DNA of 64,000 nt from a virus: positions 20,578 to 84,577 of IMG/VR virus record IMGVR_UViG_3300030107_007800. The stretch is one strand, 5' to 3'. The position numbers and the translations under genes are program-made. The notes beneath the pieces are model-generated. The model had not been told where the DNA came from and did no database searches. It worked only from the letters and a program-made list of their open reading frames with translations. Positions within the stretch are counted from its first letter, which is position 1, and each line of letters begins with the position of its first letter. Below, in pieces: positions 1 to 8,735 of the stretch.

Positions 1-651
1 AAATCAAAAGAGCAGTTTTTATATGGCTCTATACCGATATATATAAAGAATGATCTATTTTTTTTAGATAATAGTAGCGACATTGGTCAAGTCATAAATA
101 TCGTTGAAAAGAGTGTTCCATCGCATTTGGTGACTAGTATTGATGTTGTTTATGTTGGGGACTTCCAAGAATTTGAAAACAAAAGATTTAATGCCGCATA
201 TGAAGATGGTGCAATTTATGTTATAAATGTTCAAGACAATGCAAAAGACATGGCGGACGATATTGTTCACGAAATAGCCCACTCTCTAGAAGAAAAATAT
301 ACAGATCACATATATGGTGACGGACAATTACAAAATGAGTTTTTAGGGAAAAGAGAGAGGCTGTATCAAATTTTAAAAGCCAATAATGAGAATTCTCAAG
401 AACACAAGAATCTGTTTTACGACTTAGATTATGACGCTAAATTTGATGACTATCTTGTCAATCAAGTTGGATATAAAAAATTAAGAAACTATATCAACGG
501 TCTGTTTTATTCCCCATATGCAGCAACATCAGTTAGGGAATACTTTGCAAGAGGGTTTGAAGCCTACTTTCTATTTAAAGATCAAAAATATCTTGCAAAT
601 ATTAGCCCCATACTGTATAATAAGATTGAAACCTTAGCGGATATGGAGTAA
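1..651 (+). CDS. Zincin-like metallopeptidase (5'-truncated; frame is open from base 1)
   Basis: HEIAH (HExxH) motif plus downstream REYFARGF, resembling the third-ligand helix of anthrax-lethal-factor-like zincins. No stop in frame between base 1 and the ORF-track start at 127. Confidence 0.6.
   Translation, partial: KSKEQFLYGSIPIYIKNDLFFLDNSSDIGQVINIVEKSVPSHLVTSIDVVYVGDFQEFENKRFNAAYEDGAIYVINVQDNAKDMADDIVHEIAHSLEEKYTDHIYGDGQLQNEFLGKRERLYQILKANNENSQEHKNLFYDLDYDAKFDDYLVNQVGYKKLRNYINGLFYSPYAATSVREYFARGFEAYFLFKDQKYLANISPILYNKIETLADME
593..621 (+). promoter_or_regulatory. Sigma70-type promoter TTGCAA-17 bp-TATAAT inside the 3' end of the first gene
   Basis: TTGCAA at 593-598, exact 17-nt spacer, perfect TATAAT at 616-621. 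GGAG at 645-648 precedes the ATG at 654. Confidence 0.6.
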
Positions 652-653
652 AA

Positions 654-1427
654 ATGGCTCACATTAGCTTTTCTGAGGCAAAAAACTGGAATTTTTGCCC
701 TTTTTATCATAAATTAATGAACATTGACAAAGTAAAGGGCTTCGAAGGCAATGCTTTTACTGCCTTTGGTAACGCTATTCACGACACTTGCGAGAAGATG
801 ATGACCGAGGATTTAGACGACAAAAGGTCGTTTTTTAGCCTAAAATTCAAGGAAATCCTCGAAAATCTACCCGAAAGCGCCAATAAAGATCCTAAATTGG
901 TTAATTCTATGAAAAATCAGGGTCCTTTGATACTAGATGAGGTTCTTCCCTCTATGAGAGAGCACTTTGGAGAGTATGAAGTCCTCGCCGCCGAGGAGGA
1001 CTTGATGGAAATGATTGAAGACTTCCCTTGCAAGGAGAAAAATAAGTTCAAAGGCTTTATTGATTTAGTTATTAAGACCCCTGACGGCAAAACACACATC
1101 ATCGATTGGAAAACTTGTTCTTGGGGATGGGATGCTCGTAAGAAATCGGATCCAATGATGACATATCAGCTTACTTTCTACAAGCATTACTGGGCAAAAA
1201 AGCACAACGTTGATCCAAAAATGATAGAAACTCACTTTGCACTACTTAAAAGAACTGCGAAAAGTGATAGAGTGGAAATCTTCCGCGTAACGAGTGGCAA
1301 AATAAAAACTCAAAATGCACTTAAATTTCTTGAAAAAGCGATTTATAATATTGAAAAGAAGAATTACATTAAAAACAGACTTGCTTGCAGTAAGTGTGAA
1401 TTTCACAAAACGGAACATTGTCCATGA
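654..1427 (+). CDS. PD-(D/E)XK exonuclease, Cas4/AddB-like, with probable Fe-S cluster
   Basis: GFIDLV...IIDWKT catalytic motifs, YQL..Y motif, N-terminal Cys (NFCP) and C-terminal CSKC..HCP. Confidence 0.85.
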   Translation: MAHISFSEAKNWNFCPFYHKLMNIDKVKGFEGNAFTAFGNAIHDTCEKMMTEDLDDKRSFFSLKFKEILENLPESANKDPKLVNSMKNQGPLILDEVLPSMREHFGEYEVLAAEEDLMEMIEDFPCKEKNKFKGFIDLVIKTPDGKTHIIDWKTCSWGWDARKKSDPMMTYQLTFYKHYWAKKHNVDPKMIETHFALLKRTAKSDRVEIFRVTSGKIKTQNALKFLEKAIYNIEKKNYIKNRLACSKCEFHKTEHCP

Positions 1428-2692
1428 TAGATAGAAAAATAAAAGTATTAACGATCAGCGATCACCCGCTCTCTCCATCTGGAGTTGGAACACAAACCAA
1501 AAACGTTATTGAAGCACTTCTTCAAAGCGGAATGTTTGAGGTTTTTTCACTAGCAGGGGCGATCAAGCATAATGATTATCAAGCGCAAACAGTAGAGCCA
1601 TATGGGCAAAGCTGGATAATACAGCCTGTTGATGGTTATGGTGATCAAGATGCAATTAGATCTTTGGTGAGAACTGTAAAGCCAGATATTGTTTGGTTTA
1701 TGACAGATCCGCGTTTTTGGGAATGGCTATGGGCGATGGATAATGAAATTAGACCACTAGCTCCTATGGTTTATTATCATGTTTGGGACAATTATCCCTA
1801 TCCAAAATATAATAAGAAATTTTATGACTCTAATGACCATATAGCTTGTATTTCAAAGGTCACGCACGATATAGTTAAAAACGTATCACCAGAGGTTGAT
1901 AGTACTTACATACCTCACGCCGTGGACCCTGATATTTTCAAGCCACTGGATCCGGAAAATAGAGAAAAACTAAGAGAAGAATATTTTGGTTCAGATACGA
2001 AATTTGTAGTTATGTGGAATAATAGAAATGCTAAGAGAAAACAGACAGGATCTCTAATTCATTGGTATTCAAAATTTTTAGAAACTCTAGATGAAGAAAA
2101 AGCTAAGGAATGTAAACTAGTTTTACATACGGATCCAAAAGACCCATATGGTCAAGACGTAGATATGATTTTAAACCACTTTGGCTTAAACAAGGGACAA
2201 ATTTTAATATCCAAACAAAAAGTAGCATCAGAAAATCTAGCATCAATGTATGGAATGGCAGATGTTACTGTAAACATATCAGATGCAGAAGGTTTTGGCT
2301 TGGCAACGCTGGAGTCTTTGTCATGTGGCACTCCAATCATCGCCACTATGACAGGGGGACTTCAGGAGCAGGTGACCGATGGCGAGAATTGGTTTGGGGT
2401 TGGCATTGAGCCAAGTTCTAAGTCTCTTATAGGATCTCAACAAGTACCATACATATATGAGGATAGGATATCTGAAAAAGACTTTGTTGATGCAATTTCA
2501 AAAATTTATAATATGTCCGAAGAAGATCGAAAAGAATTGGGAAGCTTAGGAAGAGAGCATACAATAAAGAATTATAATTTTGCTAATTTTCGTAAATCTT
2601 GGATAGAATTATTGGCAAGAGTCTACGAAGAAAACGGATCTTGGGAACAAAGAAAAAATTATAAAGCTTGGAGCGTAACGGAGATTATATGA
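1424..2692 (+). CDS. GT-B (GT4-like) glycosyltransferase
   Basis: SGVG loop, NRNAKRK, EGFGLATLESLSCGTP motif. Start moved to ATG 1424 (ATGA overlap). Confidence 0.85.
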   Translation: MIDRKIKVLTISDHPLSPSGVGTQTKNVIEALLQSGMFEVFSLAGAIKHNDYQAQTVEPYGQSWIIQPVDGYGDQDAIRSLVRTVKPDIVWFMTDPRFWEWLWAMDNEIRPLAPMVYYHVWDNYPYPKYNKKFYDSNDHIACISKVTHDIVKNVSPEVDSTYIPHAVDPDIFKPLDPENREKLREEYFGSDTKFVVMWNNRNAKRKQTGSLIHWYSKFLETLDEEKAKECKLVLHTDPKDPYGQDVDMILNHFGLNKGQILISKQKVASENLASMYGMADVTVNISDAEGFGLATLESLSCGTPIIATMTGGLQEQVTDGENWFGVGIEPSSKSLIGSQQVPYIYEDRISEKDFVDAISKIYNMSEEDRKELGSLGREHTIKNYNFANFRKSWIELLARVYEENGSWEQRKNYKAWSVTEII

Positions 2693-4026
2693 GAAAGAAA
2701 GTAATTGTAAGAGGACCAGTTTTAAGTAGATCCGGATATGGAGAGCAAGCCAGATTTGCGGTCAGGTCTCTTAGGGCGCACGAGGATAAATACGATATAT
2801 ATCTGAATCCAACCAGATGGGGTTCTTTAAGTTGGACTTGGGAGGACACCGAAGAAAGAAGGTGGATGGACGAGATGATAGCAAAAACAATGTCGTATGA
2901 AGAGCAGTGCGCTCAGGCAGGCATAACATCTGGTGCACATAAATATGACATATCTTTGCAAGTAACAATACCAAATGAGTGGGATAATGTTACAGCGGCA
3001 TATAATGTGGGATACACAGCGGGGATAGAGGTGGATCGAGTTTCTGCTGTGTGGATCCAACAAGCACTAAAGATGGACAAAATTGTTGTTGTGTCTGATC
3101 ATTCAAAAGATATTTTTTACGATACAAAATATACAGAACGTGATACTGAAGGTAACTATGTTAGAGACCTTGCAATTAATGCAGAGGATCCGAGACATCC
3201 GGAGGTTGTGACTGTTAATTACCCTGTAAAAGAAACTGGTTTTGATAAATTTGAACACAAATTTGATACTAAATTTAATTTCTTAACAGTGGCACAATGG
3301 GGTCCAAGAAAAAATCTGGAATCAACAATAGGTTGGTTTGTAGAGCAATTCAAAGACGATGAAGATGTTGGTTTAATTGTGAAGACAGCCATTGGAAACA
3401 CATCCACAATAGACAAGTTGTATACAACTGAAAGACTACAGAATTTGATGAATTCTCCTCGTTTAAAAGACAGGAAGTGTAAGATTTATTTAATTCACGG
3501 CGATATGACTGAAGAAGAAATGAACGGCTTGTATCGACATAATAGTGTGAAAGCTTTTATAAATTTGGCTCACGGAGAAGGATTTGGTTTGCCAATGTTT
3601 GAAGCTGCATACCATAAATTGCCTGTAATTGCAATGGGTTGGAGCGGTCAGGTGGATTTTCTTTATGGTCCAGATAAATCTAGGAGCAAATCAAAGAAAT
3701 CCAAAAAAACCACCGTCCCTTATTTTGCAAAGGTTAGCCACAAACTTGGAGAAGTTAGGGAAGATTCTTTGTGGGAGGGAGTTATTGATAAGGGTTCTTT
3801 ATGGGCATATCCCGTGGAGAAAAGCTATAAATCTGTTCTTAAAGATATGAAAGATAATTACAAGGATCACAAAAAGGTTGCTGTTGATTTGGACAAATAT
3901 ATACGCTCAAAATTTACAAAGGAAAGACAATATAAACTCTTTGCAGACGCAGTTTACGGTGACCAGCCTGAAGAATTTGACGTTGAAGATTGGCTTGGAT
4001 CTTTAGGCGAGGAGGTATTTGAGTAG
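2689..4026 (+). CDS. GT-B (GT4-like) glycosyltransferase
   Basis: SGYG loop, RKNL, HGEGFGLPMFEAA motif. Start moved to ATG 2689 (ATGA overlap). Confidence 0.85.
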   Translation: MRKKVIVRGPVLSRSGYGEQARFAVRSLRAHEDKYDIYLNPTRWGSLSWTWEDTEERRWMDEMIAKTMSYEEQCAQAGITSGAHKYDISLQVTIPNEWDNVTAAYNVGYTAGIEVDRVSAVWIQQALKMDKIVVVSDHSKDIFYDTKYTERDTEGNYVRDLAINAEDPRHPEVVTVNYPVKETGFDKFEHKFDTKFNFLTVAQWGPRKNLESTIGWFVEQFKDDEDVGLIVKTAIGNTSTIDKLYTTERLQNLMNSPRLKDRKCKIYLIHGDMTEEEMNGLYRHNSVKAFINLAHGEGFGLPMFEAAYHKLPVIAMGWSGQVDFLYGPDKSRSKSKKSKKTTVPYFAKVSHKLGEVREDSLWEGVIDKGSLWAYPVEKSYKSVLKDMKDNYKDHKKVAVDLDKYIRSKFTKERQYKLFADAVYGDQPEEFDVEDWLGSLGEEVFE

Positions 4027-4484
4027 TGTATTATGATGTTGTTGTTTTGAGTGGTGGCTTCGATCCTATGCACGTCGGTCATTTACGTATGATACAGGAA
4101 TCAGCAAAGATGGCTCAAATTGTAATAGTTGGGGTTAATTCTGATGAGTGGCTAATGAGAAAAAAAGGGTATGTTTTCATGCCTTTGGAAGAAAGGCTAG
4201 AAATGGTTCAAGGCATCCGTGGAGTTGCAAAAGCTATGGAATTTGACGACAACGACAATAGTGCCTGCGATCTTTTGCATAGAGTTCGATCTTTATGGCC
4301 TGAATTCAAAGTAGCGTTTGCTAATGGAGGCGACAGAACATCTGATAATATCCCAGAGATACCGGTTGCAGAAAAGCTTGGCGTTCATTTAATTTGGGGC
4401 GTTGGCGGAGGAAAAATCCAAAGCTCAAGCGACTTAGTTAATTCACACCCTCGATTTGCTTCACTTAAAGAAAAGGAAGAATAA
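4026..4484 (+). CDS. Cytidylyltransferase-like (HxGH) nucleotidyltransferase, TagD/RfaE-domain-II type
   Basis: SGGFDPMHVGH, VGVNSD, FANGGDR and terminal SSS motif. GTG start. Confidence 0.85.
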   Translation: MYYDVVVLSGGFDPMHVGHLRMIQESAKMAQIVIVGVNSDEWLMRKKGYVFMPLEERLEMVQGIRGVAKAMEFDDNDNSACDLLHRVRSLWPEFKVAFANGGDRTSDNIPEIPVAEKLGVHLIWGVGGGKIQSSSDLVNSHPRFASLKEKEE

Positions 4485-4489
4485 TCGTA

Positions 4490-5335
4490 ATGAAAATAGC
4501 TTTTTTAGCTGACTTCTTTGTTGAGGATGGGATTAATGGCGGCGGAGAGCTTAACAATGAAGAGCTTATTAAGTTATTAAAAAATAAGGGAAATGATGTA
4601 ACAAAATATCATACTCGTGGATTAACTATTGAGAAACTCCCAAATAAAGAAACAAAGTTAATTATCAGCAATTTTATTGGGTTGTCACAAGAAATAAAAG
4701 ATTATATAACGGAAAATTATTCTTATATAATTTATGAACACGACCACAAATATCTTAAAACAAGAGACCCCTCAACGTTTAAGAACTACAAAGCTCCAGA
4801 AGACCAAATAATAAATAAACAATTTTATAAGAGTTCCAATGCTGTCATATGCCAATCCAAGCTTCATATGAGAGTTGTTGAAAGAAATTTAAATTTAGAT
4901 AATATTATTAGTGTTTCTGGTAACTTGTGGTCCAAAGAGATGTTGGATTATTTGGAGAAAATATCAACATCTCAAGAAGAAAAATATGAAATTTGCTCCA
5001 TTATGTATTCCAGTATTCCCAATAAAAATGTAGAAGAATCTATACTCTATTGTAAGGTAAACGGCTTGAAGTCTGAAAAAATAATGCCGTGCTCTCATAG
5101 GGAATTCTTAACAAAATTAAATAAAAACAAAACTTTAGTGTTTTTTCCCAAGACACTAGAAACTCTATCTCGAATTGTTGTTGAGGCTAGGATGCTTAAT
5201 TGTAGAGTGATAACGAATAGAAAAATAGGAGCCACCAGCGAAGATTGGTTTAAATTAAAGGGTCAACCACTTATTGACAAAATGAGAGAAAAAAGACAGT
5301 CAATCCCAGACATTGTTTTGGAGCATTTAAAATGA
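4490..5335 (+). CDS. Putative GT-B glycosyltransferase
   Basis: GGGE N-terminal loop and ETLSRIVVEARMLNC (E-x7-E-like) motif; cluster context. Confidence 0.6.
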   Translation: MKIAFLADFFVEDGINGGGELNNEELIKLLKNKGNDVTKYHTRGLTIEKLPNKETKLIISNFIGLSQEIKDYITENYSYIIYEHDHKYLKTRDPSTFKNYKAPEDQIINKQFYKSSNAVICQSKLHMRVVERNLNLDNIISVSGNLWSKEMLDYLEKISTSQEEKYEICSIMYSSIPNKNVEESILYCKVNGLKSEKIMPCSHREFLTKLNKNKTLVFFPKTLETLSRIVVEARMLNCRVITNRKIGATSEDWFKLKGQPLIDKMREKRQSIPDIVLEHLK

Positions 5336-6270
5336 AGATATTGTTGACCACAAATAAAACATTAGTTAATATTGTAACTGGAAAATCTTGGGTTGATGGG
5401 GGTTATTACAACACATATCTTCCTTTAAAAGATATGGGTCACGATGTATATTTTTGGGACACTTGTAACCCGGATGAACCTGATTACTTAAAAGTAGTCA
5501 ACGAATTTCAACCTGATTTAATTTTTTGTTGTGTAACTGGAGATCCAAGGATTACTCCATACGAAATTAATGCTATTGAGGTAATGTCCGATATAACAGA
5601 GAAGAGCGATATAAAAACATTTAATTGGTTCTGCGATGACACTTGGAGATTTGATAATTTTTCCAGCCAAGCTTGTTGGTTTTTTAATGCATGCTCGACT
5701 CCTGAGCCCGATTATGTAGAGCGATATAAACAAATAGGGTATGAAAACATAATTGTAGGAGGGTGGCATACTAATCAAAATTTTTATCCCAAACAAGAGG
5801 TTGAAAAAAAATACGATATTACATTTATAGGTCAAATAAACAACTTGGATAGAAAAAATTATATGAATCATTTAAAAAGCAATGGTTTAAAGGTCGAAGC
5901 TTTTCACGGCTTGTCACACGAAGAGATGATGACAGTCTTGTGCCAGTCAAAGATAGGAATTAATTTTAGTAAAAATTATAATGGTAGACCAATAAGGACG
6001 CAAATGAAATTAAGACCATTTGAAATAGCTGCTGCTACGGGTACTATGGTTTTGAGCGAATACCATCACGGATTGGAGTACTTTTTTGATATTAATAAAG
6101 AAATAATATGCTTTACTAATGCTGAAGAAATGTTGCAAAAAGCCACGGCGTTATTGAATAACGATGCCTTAAGGGAAAAAATAGCCTTGAATGGCAATAA
6201 AAGATTTATCAAAGAACATAGCTCTCATAAAAGAATGGAGCATATCTTGAAGGAAATAGAAAAAATATGA
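5332..6270 (+). CDS. CgeB-like (Glyco_trans_1_2) glycosyltransferase
   Basis: WFCDD, YDITFIG, SKIGIN, RPFEIAA, C-terminal EHS..KR pattern. Confidence 0.8.
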   Translation: MKILLTTNKTLVNIVTGKSWVDGGYYNTYLPLKDMGHDVYFWDTCNPDEPDYLKVVNEFQPDLIFCCVTGDPRITPYEINAIEVMSDITEKSDIKTFNWFCDDTWRFDNFSSQACWFFNACSTPEPDYVERYKQIGYENIIVGGWHTNQNFYPKQEVEKKYDITFIGQINNLDRKNYMNHLKSNGLKVEAFHGLSHEEMMTVLCQSKIGINFSKNYNGRPIRTQMKLRPFEIAAATGTMVLSEYHHGLEYFFDINKEIICFTNAEEMLQKATALLNNDALREKIALNGNKRFIKEHSSHKRMEHILKEIEKI

Positions 6271-7250
6271 AAACAGTCTTTGTACAAGATCATAGTCACA
6301 TAACAGGTGCAGGTCTTTGGATTTATCAAGGATATAAGAGGGCTTGGGAAAGCTTGGGCTATAAAGTAGTGTATATTAAAGGTGACGCATCCGAAGTTCA
6401 AGGTATGAGCCAGCTAGCATCTAATGGTGAAGAATACCAAATTATGCTTACGGATGGATTTTGGGCGGCGGTTAATAGAGTTTGTGATCAATTTGGACAA
6501 AAAGACAAGTTTGATCATGCAATGAATAATGCAAAAAATATATTTTTATTCGCACAGCCAACTAAATTTCCACCTCCTTGGGGATCTCATCCAAACTTTA
6601 TTTCTTTATGCGATCCGGAACATATGGACGAGATAAATGGAAAAAATAATTACAAACTTTGGACATTTGCAGATGTACATAGCGGTAATGTTAAGGACAC
6701 ATTTTATCCAACTTGGAAAGATATAGCCACTATTCCTTTGGCTTTTGATAATTTTTCTTATAAAAATCTTAAAGATGAGAAGTATAAATTTGATGTATGT
6801 TTTGTTGGGGGGAGAGCCAATAATGGCTTTGATGAAAAATATCACATAATGATGAAGCATTTTTCCGCTTTTAAGGATTGTGGTTTGAAATGTGGGATAT
6901 TTGTTAATAGAGGCTTAAGTCACGAACAAGAGAATAAAATTCTTTATAATTCAAAAGTTGCTATAAACATACATGACGCCTACCAAAGAGAGCTTGGTTT
7001 GGATACAAACGAGAGAACGTTTAAAGCCTTGGGGCTAACAGGGGTGTTGGTTAGTGATGATATCGAGCAGGTAAAGAGATTATTTCCTAATGTAAAAACA
7101 AGCAATGATCCTGAACAAATGGTAAAATTTGTAAAAGAATATGTTAATATGCCTGAAGGCGAACTAGAAAAAATCAAAGAACAAAATAGAAAAATAATAT
7201 TAGAAAAGCACACCTATACCAATAGGGTAAAACAGATGATGGGGTTGTAA
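6267..7250 (+). CDS. CgeB-like (Glyco_trans_1_2) glycosyltransferase
   Basis: DVCFVG, SKVAINIH, NERTFK, HTYTNR motifs. Confidence 0.75.
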   Translation: MKTVFVQDHSHITGAGLWIYQGYKRAWESLGYKVVYIKGDASEVQGMSQLASNGEEYQIMLTDGFWAAVNRVCDQFGQKDKFDHAMNNAKNIFLFAQPTKFPPPWGSHPNFISLCDPEHMDEINGKNNYKLWTFADVHSGNVKDTFYPTWKDIATIPLAFDNFSYKNLKDEKYKFDVCFVGGRANNGFDEKYHIMMKHFSAFKDCGLKCGIFVNRGLSHEQENKILYNSKVAINIHDAYQRELGLDTNERTFKALGLTGVLVSDDIEQVKRLFPNVKTSNDPEQMVKFVKEYVNMPEGELEKIKEQNRKIILEKHTYTNRVKQMMGL

Positions 7251-7985
7251 ATGGTAATTGAGGCACCAAAAAATATACCAAAAGAAATGTTGCAAGGGTA
7301 TTCTATGGACGACACGGTTCCAATAAAGTACGCTTATAGGAATGATTGCGGTCAAGAATCTCAAGGAGAATATAACAATAACTATACGGCGGAAAAACTA
7401 GATCTTTTTATGAACATTATAAAGTCTGGCGGTGTCGGCGGATATAATATGACAGATATATGGATGTATCAGGCGTTAAAAAAATATCCAATAGATGGCA
7501 AGTCAGTTTGTATTGTTGGGTCAACTGCCCCTTGGTATGAGGCTATGTCTTTAGTGTATGGTGCAAAAGAATGTACTGTTTTTGAGTATTCTGATAGAGA
7601 AAATTTCGATGATAAAATAAAATATATAAAGCCCCAAGAAATTGGTAATTCTCAATATGACATATGCATTTCGGTGTCATCGATAGAACATGATGGATTG
7701 GGAAGATATGGAGATCCACTTGATCCAGACGGTGATCTTAGAGCTATGAAAGAGGCGAAACAATTCTTAAAAAAAGATGGTATAATGTTCTTGTCAATTC
7801 CAGCAGGGTATGATACAGTGTTCTTTAATGTTCATCGTGTTTATGGAGAGAAAAGACTTCCAATGCTGTTGAAAGGGTGGGATAAATTAGATGTTTTTGG
7901 AGAAAATCCGTTTACACTGAAAAACAATATCAACAATGAAACATCATCAGATTACCAGCCCGTCTTTGTTTTAAAAAATGTGTGA
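7251..7985 (+). CDS. DUF268-family, SAM-dependent methyltransferase-like protein
   Basis: VGS..PWYE, SSIEHDGLGRYGDPLDPDGDL and FNVHRVYG signature. Confidence 0.75.
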   Translation: MVIEAPKNIPKEMLQGYSMDDTVPIKYAYRNDCGQESQGEYNNNYTAEKLDLFMNIIKSGGVGGYNMTDIWMYQALKKYPIDGKSVCIVGSTAPWYEAMSLVYGAKECTVFEYSDRENFDDKIKYIKPQEIGNSQYDICISVSSIEHDGLGRYGDPLDPDGDLRAMKEAKQFLKKDGIMFLSIPAGYDTVFFNVHRVYGEKRLPMLLKGWDKLDVFGENPFTLKNNINNETSSDYQPVFVLKNV

Positions 7986-7991
7986 AGTAAT

Positions 7992-8735
7992 ATGTCAAGC
8001 CCAAGTAATCCAAAAATATCGATAATTATACCCTGCTATAATTCTGAAAAGTGGATCACCCGCTCTGTAAATTCAGCGTTAAATCAAGATTATAAATTTA
8101 CGGAGGTTATAGTCGTTGACAATGAAAGCACTGATGATAGTTTACAGATAATAAAAAACATACAAAAACAAAACAAGAGATTAATTGTTAGCACGGCTCC
8201 TAATTTATATAAATATTCTTGGACAGAACCTGTAGAAGAAGCCTTATCATTATGTAGTGGGGAGTATTTTACTATTTTGGGTTCTGATGATTACATATCC
8301 AACGAATATGTAGAAAATATTTCTAACATAATAAAAAAAAGTAATGGCAAAATTGAGGTTTTTCAAAGTCCAATAAGGGGTGTTGACTCTCAAGAAAGCG
8401 CACTGAATGATATTGGGCACCATTATAAGAATTTAACAGAATTTAAGAACAAGTTATTTACAGGGTGCCCAGTTAACACACCAGCCGTTGTATATAAAAA
8501 ATGCTTACACGAAGAAGGTAATATTTTTTGGGATTCTGAACAATATCTTGGATCTGCTGATTATAATTTGTATTTCCACCTTGCAGATAAGAAAAAATTT
8601 GTATATCCTTTCCCTAAATGGATTGGTTATTATTATAGGTGGCACTCCGAACAGTCAACGTGGGGAATGCAAAAAGAAGTAACAAGATATGATGAAATAA
8701 TCAAAGATAAATGGAGAAAAAAGTGGAATCTTTGA
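7992..8735 (+). CDS. GT2 (GT-A) glycosyltransferase
   Basis: ISIIIPCYN, VIVVDNESTD, LGSDD motifs. Confidence 0.9.
   Translation: MSSPSNPKISIIIPCYNSEKWITRSVNSALNQDYKFTEVIVVDNESTDDSLQIIKNIQKQNKRLIVSTAPNLYKYSWTEPVEEALSLCSGEYFTILGSDDYISNEYVENISNIIKKSNGKIEVFQSPIRGVDSQESALNDIGHHYKNLTEFKNKLFTGCPVNTPAVVYKKCLHEEGNIFWDSEQYLGSADYNLYFHLADKKKFVYPFPKWIGYYYRWHSEQSTWGMQKEVTRYDEIIKDKWRKKWNL

Noticed and set aside
571-577. CTATTTA copies inside coding regions (also near 26328 and 61342)
   Set aside because: Expected by chance in AT-rich DNA and not positioned at gene starts; not called as promoters.
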